Positions 12,600 through 27,236 of a stretch of 64,000 nucleotides of DNA are shown here, piece by piece; within the stretch, counting starts at the first letter, position 1; each line of letters opens with the position of its first letter. The DNA lies in the NCBI GenBank assembly GCA_002269645.1, contig NIVC01001478.1:62001-126000 (forward strand), given 5' to 3'. The translations under genes were made by a program, and so were the position numbers. Origin of the DNA: Macrostomum lignano (lineage: Eukaryota). Below the pieces are notes generated by a model. It searched no databases, was not told the origin of the DNA, and worked only from the letters and a program-made list of their open reading frames with translations.

Positions 12600-14720
12600 C
12601 CATGAGCCTTGTCATCTTAGCAATTCCCCTCAGTAAGCCTTGTCATCTTAGCAATTCCCCCCAGTAAGCCTTGAAATCTCAGCAATTCCCCAAGTAAGCC
12701 TTGACAAGAATTGCTAAGAATTTCTAAGAATACTTAGCTAACAATTGCTAATACTTGCTAAGAATTGCTGAGAAGCCTCGAGATCTCAGCAATTCCCCCA
12801 GTAAGCATTGACATCTCAGCGATTCTCCCAGTAAGCCTTGAAATCTTAGCAATTCCCCCAGAAAGAATTCACATCTTAGCAATTGCCACAGTAAGCCTTG
12901 AAATCGCTGCAATTCCCCCAGTAAGCCCTAACATCTCAGCAATTCCCCCAATAAGCCTTGACATCTGAGGAATTCCCCCAGTAAGCCTTGAAATCTAAGC
13001 ATTTCCCTAGTAAGCCTTGAAATCTCAGCATTCCCCCAGAAAGCCTTCACATTTTAGCAATTCCCAGTAAGACTTGACATCTTAGCAATTCCCAGTAAGA
13101 CTTGACATCTCAGCAGTTCCCCCATTAAGCATCGACATCGCAGCAATTAAACTCGAGCCTTGACATCTACGCAGTTCTCTCAGCTGAGTAAGCCTTGACA
13201 TCCCAACAACCCAACTCCCCTCCCCAAGAATTCAGCAATCCCCTTATGAGCCTTGATATCTCTGCAATTTCTTCATAAGCCTTGTCAACTCAGCGATTCC
13301 ATTCATGAGCTTTGATATCTTAGCAACTCCCATCTTAGCAAGTCTTTAGTTGATGGTTAACAGAGTGGTTATTCTATGATTGAACCAAAACTGACCCTAA
13401 GCCCCTAACCCTAACCCATAAGTGAGTCTTGGCATGTTAGCAATCTCCCCCGTGAGCCTTGAGCCTGAGCATTTAAGTAACTTCCTCATAAGCTTTGAAA
13501 TCTAAATTTCACCGAAAGCCTTGAACTGTCAGCAATTCCCTAAGAGCCAAAGCATATAACTAATTCGCCCCTTTAATCTTTGAAATTCCTTGATGAATCA
13601 TTTATGATTGACACGACGATCGCTCTATAATTAAACTCAAATCCTAACCCTTAACCTGCAGCCGAGTCACAGCATTTCAGCAACTCCCCCTCTCAGCCCA
13701 AGAATTTCAGCAATTCCCCAATGAGCTTTTGAAATCTTAGCAATTTTCCCATGAGCATGAAACTTTAGCGACTAACCTTTTGATATCTTGGCACTTTCAC
13801 ATGAGTCTTATGGTTGAAAACTAACCCTGCCAAGTCACAGCATTTCAGCAATTCCCACCGTAAACCACAGCATTTCAACAAATACCCAATGAACCTTGAC
13901 ATTTCGTGAATTTCAGCTATTCGCTTTAGGAGCCTTTGAAATCTCAGTCATTCCCCCGTGAACCTTAGCATCTCAGCAATACCCAAGAGTCACAGCCTAC
14001 AGCATTACAGGGATCCCCCGTGAGCTTTGAAATCTCAGCTATTCCCCAATGAGCCTTGATATCTCAGCAACTCCTATTTGAGCCACAAAATTTCGGCATT
14101 ATGAGCAGGTACTGCAATCACAACAATCCCCCTGAGCATTGAGCCACTTTATAATTCGGATATCCCCCCACGAGCCTTTACAACTTAGCAATTCCCCAAT
14201 GAGTATTTAATGTTAGACAGGCCTATTCATTTATATGGTTTACGTCTTACTCCTGCCCTAACAATGTCGGCAATTCCCTCAAGAGCCACAGCATTCCAGA
14301 AATTATTTCCATGAGCCTTGACAGCAAATAATTTTAATGAGCCTTGATACCTCAGAAATTTCTCAAATGGAATTTGAAATCAAAGCAATTCTGCCCAGAA
14401 TCACATCAGTATAGGAATTTCCCTCTGAGACTTGACAAGACATCTCAGAATTTCTCTCATGGGCCTTGATCTGGCCCATGGCCCAGTAAGCCTTGAAATC
14501 TCAATAATTCCCCAGTAAGCCTTGACATCTCAGAAATTCCCTCATTAAGATCGACATCGCAGCAATTGAACTTAAGCTTTGAAATCAAAGAAATTCTCCC
14601 CAGAATCACATCATTATAGCAATTACCGCTGAGCCTTGAGATCTTAGAAATTCTCCCATGAGTCTTGATATCACAGAAATTTTCCATACCAGCCTTGACA
14701 TCTTAGCAATTCACATTGAG
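12600..14720. repeat. Degenerate ~30-bp repeat (GCCTTGACATCTCAGCAATTCCCCCAGTAA) inside E2
   Basis: Many diverged copies of the AGCCTTGA(C/A)ATCT(C/T)AGCAATTCCCC motif. Confidence 0.85.
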
Positions 14721-15939
14721 TATTTATTCTCGACAGACCGCTTCTTTTATGGTTGACATGATGATTCTTTTGTCGCTTTTTCTTGTGTTGAGTTTTCTTC
14801 TGTTTAAAGTAGCATTTATTAAAAACTTACAGTGGTTTACCATCACTTTAGCAATGGTTTACCATCACTTTAGCAATGGTTCACCAGCAGTTTAGCAATG
14901 GTTCACCAGCAGTTTAGCAATGGTTCACCGGCACTGTTCCGCAAAATCTGGGAGCAGATGGCTACTGATCTCCATATGCTTCTCAATAATCGAAACCATT
15001 TGAAATGTTTGCAACTTGCAGTTTAAAATTGATTTGCAATTCTCTTGCATATTTATTAATTCATTGTACGTCAGATTAGCACTGCTCACCCAGATTAGAC
15101 CCTTTGAAAATTAGTACTTACAGCAGATTAGCACTGCTCTAGAAGACTAACGCAGCCCCAGCAAAAGTATCTTTAAATTTAAGTGTTTAACATCTCCATG
15201 AATCTGCATAGGATGCAATCATTATTGTCACAGGTCACAAAGATAAATTCGCTGCTTCAATGCAGGCTCGAACTGCTGACATCAAAGCATTCTGTTTGCT
15301 TCTGCTTGATACTGCCTGCCTACTGCGGCTATTGTGCCTATTGACATGTGGTCGAAATAATCTAGTTTAGCAACTTCAGCCGTTTGAAGTTAACCCCCGG
15401 AAATCGGCATTTATCCCCACAACAACCTGAAATTATCCCTTCATCTAATCCCGCAAAAAGACTGCAGTTATTTCTTAGCAGCCGGCATTTATCATCCACT
15501 TTGCATTTTAAAACTTTTATTAAAATTAAGAATGCATACCCTCAGCGGCATAGAATAGTCCCCTTAGCCAAAAATATTTCACTTAGCAGCCGCAGAAATC
15601 CCCTAAACAACTTGTACTTAATCTTCCACAGTAAATATCCACTCAAAACTCAATAGTTAGTTATAAGCCTCAGAAGTCTGCCACTATCCTCTAATTAGTC
15701 CGCAGTTTTCCCTCTCAGCAGTCTGCAGCTATACGCTCATACGTCTGGAGGAACTACCTCAGCAGTTTGCAGTTGTTTCCCCTTTGCAATCTGCAATGAT
15801 CCCTTCGACAGTCTGCAGTTCCCCTCAGCAGTCTGCAGTCATTTCATTTTCAGTCTACAACTGTACCATTAACGATTTTCATTCATTCTCTCAGCAGCCT
15901 GCAGTTCTCCTCTCGGCCGGCTCCTCAGTCTCCTCTGCA

Positions 15940-17110
15940 AACTGCAATTTTCTCAGCATTTTACGGCTCACTAATAAATTTTCGATACATATCGGCAGTT
16001 TTGAAAAGCTCAGCATTTAGCAATACCTTCAGCAGTTTTTTTCAGAATCGTCTGCAGTTTAGCAATTTCATACTTTCATGGAGCTAGGCAATATACCCAT
16101 TGATGGGATCAGTACGCTCGTAATACATGTACTTGAAGCAGTTTCTACAAATCAAATTTGCTTATCGACTTGTGCCAAACAGCAAAAATACATGTAGTTC
16201 ATTTAGTGTGCCTTGTTAATTAAGCATAAAAGTTTCAATTAGTCGAAGCACAAGCTAAAATAAATAATTAGTTCAATTTTAATTGTCCGCTGCGAGGTAG
16301 ACTCGAACCTGGGACCTTACGCCTATCCTAAAACTGGTCCTAGTGCCTACAGTGCGGCTACTCCGCCTATTGATCGGAGGGCGACAGAATCAGCCATATA
16401 TGCTTTGGCACTGCAGTCAAATACACAGCAGTGATAGGCTGCTCAGTGCACGGGTTGTATGCAGGCAGAGCCAATGCGCAGTTAAGTGAAATCTATAAAT
16501 TAGATTTAAGTCTGGAGGAGCTAATTCACAGTCTGCAGTTCTTCTGTGGCCGGCACCTCAGTCCCCTCAGAAAACTGCAATTTGCTCAGAATTGTACGGC
16601 TCACTAATCAATTTTCGATACATATCGGCAGTCTTGAAAAGCTCAGCATTTAGCAGCATTTTCTGCAGTTTAGTAATTTCGTACTTTTATGGTGCTAGAC
16701 AATACCCATTGATGGGATCAGTTATACTCGAAGCAGTTTTTACAAATCAAATTTGATTTGTGGCTTGTGCCGAGTAGCAAAAAATGAATTGCTAATTAAT
16801 AAAAAAATGTTTCAATTGAAATTAAATAAAAAATGTTTCAATTAGTCCAGGCACAAGCTATAAATTATTGAATTATTTGAATTTTTATTATCCGCCGGGG
16901 AGGCAGACTCGAACCTTGGACCTTACGTCTAGCCTAAACCTAGTCCTAAGTGCCTACACTGCGGCTACTCCGCCTATTGATGGGAGGACAACAAAATCAG
17001 CCATATATGCTTCAGAACTGCAGTTAAAATACATAGCAGTGATAGGCTGCTCAGTGTGTAGGCGTGCAGGCGGAGCCAATGCACAGTTGATTGAGTGAAA
17101 TCTATAAATA
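15940..17110. repeat. Diverged ~630-bp tandem duplication inside E2
   Basis: CTGCAATTT.CTCAG.ATT.TACGGCTCACTAAT...GAAAAGCTCAGCATTTAGC starts at about 15940 and about 16574, with colinear similarity downstream. Confidence 0.85.
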
Positions 17111-17911
17111 GCAATTTTCTATGGAGTCCGCCAGTCAGAGCCAGGGTCAGAATGTACACACGCAGCCACTGAGCATTTTTTCTCCTTGCACACTGCAACC
17201 AGTATTGAAGCTTACACAGTGGAGAGAGAAAAGTGATGGCGCAATCATAATTGGAATTGTAATTCAGCCAGTCCAGTCAAGAATTCAACCTAGTTTGCCC
17301 TACCATTAAAAGCATTGGGAAAACTCGTTTTTCGAATATTTAATACCTTTAGCATTAAAGCCAATTAAAGAAATTTTAACTGTCTTCTTTCCAGATAATT
17401 ACAAATCTTTTGGCAAAAACGCGATTAAAATTGGTCAATCGGTTCGATCTCTAGAACGTTACACGAATACTAACACAAATTCTCTTCGAGTGAAAGTCAC
17501 ACGAAGCAGCTATGACATAATCAAATACTCAGGCAGTCAGCATCAGTCTCAATTTAAGTTAGCAATATGGTTACGCAATTTCTGTCTTTCAACTTGGCAC
17601 AGTGTTTTCAACTTGTTGTGATGCAATCTTTATCAAAATCAGAATTCAGTCAGTCGGTTTTTTCTCTAGCATTCTTACAGCGCATTTCAAGTCGAAAGAG
17701 CTGCTTGACCTTTGCAAAAAAGCATGTTTTTCGAATATTTAATCCCTTTAGCATTGAAGCAGATACAAGAAATTTTAACCGTCTTCTTTCCAGACAATTT
17801 TGAATCTTTTGGCGAAAACACGATCAAAATCGGTGAAGAATTGCGATCTCTAGAGCGTTATGGACAAGCATTCAAACATACAAACCTTAGAGATTTAGTA
17901 TATTTAGAAGA

Positions 17912-18260
17912 CTAGCTAATTAGAGCTGGCTGCCAGCAGCCAGAATAATTTTTTATTGCCCCCCTTTAGGTGGAGCGGAGTGAGTTTTCTTATCAGTTGG
18001 CTCTGGCGCAATCAATTAAAATTGGCAGTGAAGTTTCTGGCTGATAAAATTTGCATTGAAAAAGGCCATTTAAAACAGTTTTTCGAATATTTAATCCCTT
18101 TAGCATTGAAGCAGAATAAAGAAATTTTAACCGTCTTCTTTCCAGACAATTTTGAATCTTTTGGCGAAAACACGATCAAAATCGGTGAAGAATTGCGATC
18201 TCTAGAGCGTTATGGACAAGCATTCAAACATACAAACCTTAGAGATTTAGTATATTTAGA
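17912..18260 (-). mobile_element. Helitron E3, 349-bp miniature element
   Basis: 5' TCTAAATATACT at 18260; perfect 8-bp hairpin CTGGCTGC-TG-GCAGCCAG, then 10 nt, then CTAG ending at 17912. Confidence 0.85.
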
Positions 18261-21200
18261 CTAGCAATCTACGCCCCCCGTTGAGGAGCCAAAGAAATGC
18301 AATACACGTTTTTTTAATAAGCTACATGTATCCTTGAAATCTTAAAAAATCTCCTGTCAAACCTTGTAAATATTATTATTATATCAGCGATCCCTCCCCT
18401 GACGAGGCATCAAATAATGTAATAAAAAGTTTTCAATAAACTACATGTAGCTTCTGACTTTAGCCTTGAAATCTCATTTATACCCCCGTGAGCCTTGACA
18501 TCTCAGCTATTCCCCCCGTAAGCCTTGACATGTCAGCGATGGCCCCCAAAAAACCTTGACATCTAAAAAACCCCCTGTTAAACTTGAAACCCGATAAAAT
18601 ATAACCCTCAACCCACACCTGACCTAAACCTAACTTTAACCCAACCTAAAGTCTTGAAATCTCAGCAATTCTTCTCCCCTAAGCCTTGACATTTTAGTGA
18701 TTCCTTCTTTAAGAATCACAGCACTAACGATTTCCACCAAGCTTTGACATTGTAAGCAATTCCCAAATGAATCTTTTAACTTCGACATGACTTTTCTTTT
18801 ATGTATACATAGTGCCACTTTTATTTTTTACATGACTCTTCTTCTATCAGCGCCTCCACCCGTGGCGAGCCAACAAAGAATGCAATAAAAAAATTGAGTA
18901 AAGTACATGAACTTTGAAGTAGCTTCTGATTTTTGCTTTGACATCTCAGAAACCCCCCCCCGTAATCTCAGTTATTCTCTGAGAGCCTTTACGTCTGTTT
19001 TTCTCCCCAGCACAGCATTATAGCTGCATTTAATTTTTACATGAACCCTTCATGTCTGACATGACGCTTCTTTTATTCTACCATGATGCTTCCTTATTTT
19101 TTAAATGACGCTTCTATGATTTTTTACATGACGCTTCTATGATTTTTTCATGACGCTTCTATGCCTTTTACATGACGCTTCTATGATTTTTTACATGACG
19201 CTTCTATGATTGTTTACATGACGCTTCTATGATTTTTTCATGACGCTTCTATGCCTTTTACATGATGCTTTCATGATTTTTACATGACGCTTCTATGATT
19301 TTTACATGACGCTTTAATGATTTTTTCATGACGCTTCCATGATTTTTTACATGACGCTTCTATGATTTTTTACTTGACGCTTCTATGATTTTTTACTTGA
19401 CGCTTCTATGATTTTTTACATGACGCTTCTATGATTTTTTCATGACGCTTCCATGATTTTTACATGACGCTTCTATGATTTTTTACATGACGCTTCTATG
19501 ATTTTTTACATGACGCTTCTATGATTTTTTTACATGACGCTTCTATGATCTTTACATGACGCTTCTTTGCTTTTACATTACGCTTCTATGATTGTTTACA
19601 TGACGCTTCTATGATTTTTACATGACGCTTCAATGATTTTTACATGACGCTTCAATGATTGTTTACATGACGCTTCTATGAATTTTATATGACGCTTCTA
19701 TGATTTTTACATGACACTTCTATGATTGTTTACATGACGCTTCTATGATTGTTTACATGACGCTTCTATGATTTTTTACATGACGCTTCTACGATTTTTT
19801 ACATGACGCTTCTATGATTTTTTACATGACGCTTCTATGATTTTTTATGACGCTTCTATGATTGTTTACATGACGCTTCTATGATTGTTTACATGACGCT
19901 TCTATGATTTTTACATGACGCTTCAATGATTTTTACATGACGCTTCAATGATTGTTTACATGACGCTTCTATGATTTTTTATGACGCTTCTATGATTGTT
20001 TACATGACGCTTCTATGATTGTTTACATGACGCTTCTATGATTTTTACATGACGCTTCAATGATTTTTACATGACGCTTCAATGATTGTTTACATGACGG
20101 TTCTATGATTTTTTACATGACGCTTCTATGATTTTTACATGACACTTCTATGATTTTTTACTTGACGCTTCTATGATTTTTTACATTACGCTTCTATGAT
20201 TTTTTCATGACGCTTCCATGATTTTTACATGACGCTTCTATGATTTTTTACATGACGCTTCTATGATTTTTACATGACGCTTTAATGATTTTTACTTGAC
20301 GCTTCTATGATTTTTTCATGACGCTTCTATGCCTTTTACATGATGCTTTCATGATTTTTACATGACGCTTCTATGATTTTTACATGACGCTTTAATGATT
20401 TTTTCATGACTCTTCTATGATTTTTTACATGACGCTTCTATGATTTTTTACTTGACGCTTCTATGATTTTTTACTTGACGCTTCTATGATTTTTTACATT
20501 ACGCTTCTATGATTTTTTCATGACGCTTCCATGATTTTTACATGACGCTTCTATGATTTTTTACATGACGCTTCTATGATTTTTTACATGACGCTTCTAT
20601 GATTTTTTTACATGACGCTTCAAGATCTTTACATGACGCTTCTTTGCTTTTACATTACGCTTCTATGATTGTTTACATGACGCTTCTATGATTTTTTACA
20701 TGACGCTTCTATGATTGTTTACATGACGCTTCTATGATTTTGTCATGACGCTTCTACGATTTTTTACATGACGCTTCTATGATTGTTTACATGACGCTTC
20801 TATGATTTTTTACATGACGCTTCTATGATTTTTTATGACGCTTCAATGATTGTTTACATGACGCTTCTATGATTGTTTACATGACGCTTCAATGATTTTT
20901 TACATGACGCTTCTATGATTTTTACTTGACGCTTCTATGATTTTTTACATGACGCTTCTATGATTTTTTCATGACGCTTCCATGATTTTTACATGACGCT
21001 TCTATGATTTTTTTACATGACGCTTCTATGATTTTTTACATGACGCTTCTATGATTTTTTACATGACGCTTCTATGATCTTTACATGACGCTTCTTTGCT
21101 TTTACATTACGCTTCTATGATTGTTTACATGACGCTTCTATGATTTTTACATGACGCTTCAATGATTTTTACATGACGCTTCAATGATTGTTTACATGAC

Positions 21201-23988
21201 GCTTCTATGATTTTTATATGACGCTTCTATGATTTTTACATGACACTTCTATGATTGTTTACATGACGCTTCTATGATTGTTTACATGACGCTTCTATGA
21301 TTTTTTACATGACGCTTCTACGATTTTTTACATGACGCTTCTATGATTTTTTACATGACGCTTCTATGATTTTTTATGACGCTTCTATGATTGTTTACAT
21401 GACGCTTCTATGATTGTTTACATGACGCTTCTATGATTTTTACATGACGCTTCAATGATTTTTACATGACGCTTCAATGATTGTTTACATGACGCTTCTA
21501 TGATTTTTTATGACGCTTCTATGATTGTTTACATGACGCTTCTATGATTGTTTACATGACGCTTCTATGATTTTTACATGACGCTTCAATGATTTTTACA
21601 TGACGCTTCAATGATTGTTTACATGACGGTTCTATGATTTTTTACATGACGCTTCTATGATTGTTTACATGACACTTCTATGATTTTTTACTTGACGCTT
21701 CCATGATTTTTACATGACGCTTTAATGATTTTTACTTGACGCTTCTATGATTTTTTCATGACGCTTCTATGCCTTTTACATGATGCTTTCATGATTTTTA
21801 CATGACGCTTCTATGATTTTTACATGACGCTTTAATGATTTTTTCATGACGCTTCTATGATTTTTTACATGACGCTTCTATGATTTTTTACTTGACGCTT
21901 CTATGATTTTTTACTTGACGCTTCTATGATTTTTTACATTACGCTTCTATGATTTTTTCATGACGCTTCCATGATTTTTACATGACGCTTCTATGATTTT
22001 TTACATGACGCTTCTATGATTTTTTACATGACGCTTCTATGATTTTTTTACATGACGCTTCAAGATCTTTACATGACGCTTCTTTGCTTTTACATTACGC
22101 TTCTATGATTGTTTACATGACGCTTCTATGATTTTTTACATGACGCTTCTATGATTGTTTACATGACGCTTCTATGATTTTGTCATGACGCTTCTACGAT
22201 TTTTTACATGACGCTTCTATGATTGTTTACATGACGCTTCTATGATTTTTTACATGACGCTTCTATGATTTTTTATGACGCTTCAATGATTGTTTACATG
22301 ACGCTTCTATGATTGTTTACATGACGCTTCAATGATTTTTTACATGACGCTTCTATGATTTTTTACTTGACGCTTCTATGATTTTTTACATGACGCTTCT
22401 ATGATTTTTTCATGACGCTTCCATGATTTTTACATGACGCTTCTATGATTTTTTTACATGACGCTTCTATGATTTTTTACATGACGCTTCTATGATTTTT
22501 TACATGACGCTTCTATGATCTTTACATGACGCTTCTTTGCTTTTACATTACGCTTCTATGATTGTTTACATGACGCTTCTATGATTTTTACATGACGCTT
22601 CAATGATTTTTACATGACGCTTCAATGATTGTTTACATGACGCTTCTATGATTTTTATATGACGCTTCTATGATTTTTACATGACACTTCTATGATTGTT
22701 TACATGACGCTTCTATGATTGTTTACATGACGCTTCTATGATTTTTTACATGACGCTTCTACGATTTTTTACATGACGCTTCTATGATTTTTTACATGAC
22801 GCTTCTATGATTTTTTATGACGCTTCTATGATTGTTTACATGACGCTTCTATGATTGTTTACATGACGCTTCTATGATTTTTACATGACGCTTCAATGAT
22901 TTTTACATGACGCTTCAATGATTGTTTACATGACGCTTCTATGATTTTTTATGACGCTTCTATGATTGTTTACATGACGCTTCTATGATTGTTTACATGA
23001 CGCTTCTATGATTTTTACATGACGCTTCAATGATTTTTACATGACGCTTCAATGATTGTTTACATGACGGTTCTATGATTTTTTACATGACGCTTCTATG
23101 ATTGTTTACATGACACTTCTATGATTTTTTACTTGACGCTTCCATGATTTTTACATGACGCTTCTATGATTTTTTACATGACGCTTCTATGATTTTTACA
23201 TGACGCTTTAATGATTTTTACTTGACGCTTCTATGATTTTTTCATGACGCTTCTATGCCTTTTACATGATGCTTTCATGATTTTTACATGACGCTTCTAT
23301 GATTTTTACATGACGCTTTAATGATTTTTTCATGACGCTTCTATGATTTTTTACATGACGCTTCTATGATTTTTTACTTGACGCTTCTATGATTTTTTAC
23401 TTGACGCTTCTATGATTTTTTACATTACGCTTCTATGATTTTTTCATGACGCTTCCATGATTTTTACATGACGCTTCTATGATTTTTTCATGACGCTTCT
23501 ATGATTTTTTACATGACGCTTCTATGATTTTTTACTTGACGCTTCTATGATTTTTTACTTGACGCTTCTATGATTTTTTACATTACGCTTCTATGATTTT
23601 TTCATGACGCTTCCATGATTTTTACATGACGCTTCTATGATTTTTTACATGACGCTTCTATGATTTTTTACATGAGGCTTCTATGATTTTTTTACATGAA
23701 GCTTCTATGATCTTTACATGACGCTTCTTTGCTTTTACATTACGCTTCTATGATTGTTTACATGACGCTTCTATGATTTTTTACATTTTACATGAAATGC
23801 AATACACGTTTTTTTAATAAGCTACATGTATCCTTGAAATCTTAAAAAATCTCCTGTCAAACCTTGTAAGCCTTGACATGTCAGTAATTCCCCCCCACAA
23901 GCTTTAACATATCAACTCCCCCCCTTGACATCTCAGCAATGCCCCCAATAAGCCTTGGAAATCTAAAAATATCTGTCAATCAACCTTC

Positions 23989-24068
23989 TAACCCTAACCC
24001 TAACCCTAAACCTAACCCTAACCCTAACCATAACCCTAACCTAACCCTAACCCTAACCCTAACCCTAA
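23989..24068. repeat. Interstitial (CCCTAA)n / TTAGGG telomere-like tract, copy 1
   Basis: About 13 CCCTAA units with variants. Confidence 0.85.
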
Positions 24069-27000
24069 AGCATTGAAATTTCAGTAATTCTCTCTAAGAG
24101 TCATTATAGCACTACTACAGCATTATAGCGATTCCCTGCAAGCCTCGACATCGTAGGGATTCCCAAATGAATCTCTTAACTTCGACATGAAGCTTTTTTT
24201 ATTTTTATCAGCGATCCCTCCCCTGACGAGGCATCAAATAATGTAATAAAAAGTTTTCAATAAACTACATGTAGCTTCTGACTTTAGCCTTGAAATCTCA
24301 TTTATACCCCCATGAGCCTTGACATCTCAGCTATTCCCCCGTAAGCCTTGACATGTCAGCGATGGCCCCCAAAAAACCTTGACATCTAAAAAACCCCCTG
24401 TTAAACTTGAAACCCGATAAAATATAACCCTCAACCCACACCTGACCTAAACCTAACTTTAACCCAACCTAAAGTCTTGAAATCTCAGCAATTCTTCTCC
24501 CTAAGCCTTGACATTTTAGTGATTCCTTCTTTAAGAATCACAGCACTATAACGATTTCCACCAAGCTTTGACATTGTAAGCAATTCCCAAATGAATCTTT
24601 TAACTTCGACATGACTTTTCTTTTATGTATACATAGTGCCACTTTTATTTTTTACATGACTCTTCTTCTATCAGCGCCTCCCCCCGTGGCGAGCCAACAA
24701 AGAATGCAATAAAAAAATTGAGTAAAGTACATGAACTTTGAAGTAGCTTCTGATTTTTGCTTTGACATCTCAGAAACCCCCCCCCGTAATCTCAGTTATT
24801 CTCTGAGAGCCTTTACGTCTGTTTTTCTCCCCAGCACAGCATTATAGCTGCATTTAATTTTTACATGAACCCTTCATGTCTGACATGACGCTTCTTTTAT
24901 TCTACCATGATGCTTCCTTATTTTTTAAATGACGCTTCTATGATTTTTTACATGACGCTTCTATGATTTTTTCATGACGCTTCTATGCCTTTTACATGAC
25001 GCTTCTATGATTTTTTACATGACGCTTCTATGATTGTTTACATGACGCTTCTATGATTTTTCATGACGCTTCTATGCCTTTTACATGATGCTTTCATGAT
25101 TTTTACATGACGCTTCTATGATTTTTACATGACGCTTTAATGATTTTTTCATGACGCTTCCATGATTTTTTACATGACGCTTCTATGATTTTTTACTTGA
25201 CGCTTCTATGATTTTTTACTTGACGCTTCTATGATTTTTTACATGACGCTTCTATGATTTTTTCATGACGCTTCCATGATTTTTACATGACGCTTCTATG
25301 ATTTTTTACATGACGCTTCTATGATTTTTTACATGACGCTTCTATGATTTTTTTACATGACGCTTCTATGATCTTTACATGACGCTTCTTTGCTTTTACA
25401 TTACGCTTCTATGATTGTTTACATGACGCTTCTATGATTTTTACATGACGCTTCAATGATTTTTACATGACGCTTCAATGATTGTTTACATGACGCTTCT
25501 ATGAATTTTATATGACGCTTCTATGATTTTTACATGACACTTCTATGATTGTTTACATGACGCTTCTATGATTGTTTACATGACGCTTCTATGATTTTTT
25601 ACATGACGCTTCTACGATTTTTTACATGACGCTTCTATGATTTTTTACATGACGCTTCTATGATTTTTTATGACGCTTCTATGATTGTTTACATGACGCT
25701 TCTATGATTGTTTACATGACGCTTCTATGATTTTTACATGACGCTTCAATGATTTTTACATGACGCTTCAATGATTGTTTACATGACGCTTCTATGATTT
25801 TTTATGACGCTTCTATGATTGTTTACATGACGCTTCTATGATTGTTTACATGACGCTTCTATGATTTTTACATGACGCTTCAATGATTTTTACATGACGC
25901 TTCAATGATTGTTTACATGACGGTTCTATGATTTTTTACATGACGCTTCTATGATTTTTACATGACACTTCTATGATTTTTTACTTGACGCTTCTATGAT
26001 TTTTTACATTACGCTTCTATGATTTTTTCATGACGCTTCCATGATTTTTACATGACGCTTCTATGATTTTTTACATGACGCTTCTATGATTTTTACATGA
26101 CGCTTTAATGATTTTTACTTGACGCTTCTATGATTTTTTCATGACGCTTCTATGCCTTTTACATGATGCTTTCATGATTTTTACATGACGCTTCTATGAT
26201 TTTTACATGACGCTTTAATGATTTTTTCATGACTCTTCTATGATTTTTTACATGACGCTTCTATGATTTTTTACTTGACGCTTCTATGATTTTTTACTTG
26301 ACGCTTCTATGATTTTTTACATTACGCTTCTATGATTTTTTCATGACGCTTCCATGATTTTTACATGACGCTTCTATGATTTTTTACATGACGCTTCTAT
26401 GATTTTTTACATGACGCTTCTATGATTTTTTTACATGACGCTTCAAGATCTTTACATGACGCTTCTTTGCTTTTACATTACGCTTCTATGATTGTTTACA
26501 TGACGCTTCTATGATTTTTTACATGACGCTTCTATGATTGTTTACATGACGCTTCTATGATTTTGTCATGACGCTTCAATGATTGTTTACATTACGCTTC
26601 TATGATTTTTTCATGACGCTTCCATGATTTTTACATGACGCTTCTATGATTTTTTCATGACGCTTCTATGATTTTTTACATGACGCTTCTATGATTTTTT
26701 ACTTGACGCTTCTATGATTTTTTACTTGACGCTTCTATGATTTTTTACATTACGCTTCTATGATTTTTTCATGACGCTTCCATGATTTTTACATGACGCT
26801 TCTATGATTTTTTACATGACGCTTCTATGATTTTTTACATGAGGCTTCTATGATTTTTTTACATGAAGCTTCTATGATCTTTACATGACGCTTCTTTGCT
26901 TTTACATTACGCTTCTATGATTGTTTACATGACGCTTCTATGATTTTTTACATTTTACATGAAATGCAATACACGTTTTTTTAATAAGCTACATGTATCC

Positions 27001-27156
27001 TTGAAATCTTAAAAAATCTCCTGTCAAACCTTGTAAGCCTTGACATGTCAGTAATTCCCCCCCCACAAGCTTTAACATATCAACTTCCCCCCTTGACATC
27101 TCAGCAATGCCCCCAATAAGCCTTGGAAATCTAAAAATATCTGTCAATCAACCTTC

Positions 27157-27236
27157 TAACCCTAACCCTAACCCTAAACCTAACCCTAACCCTAACCATA
27201 ACCCTAACCTAACCCTAACCCTAACCCTAACCCTAA
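27157..27236. repeat. Interstitial (CCCTAA)n / TTAGGG telomere-like tract, copy 2
   Basis: Same sequence as copy 1, about 3.17 kb away, part of the module duplication. Confidence 0.85.

Larger units (their letters stand above)
12088..17911 (-). mobile_element. Helitron E2, non-autonomous (5,824 bp)
   Basis: 3' CTAG at 12088-12091 with a CCCC..GGGG hairpin; 5' TCTTCTAAATATACTAAAT at 17911; shares the family 5' block (TTTTCGAATATTTAATCCCTTT, AAAATCGGT) with the other elements. Confidence 0.8.
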
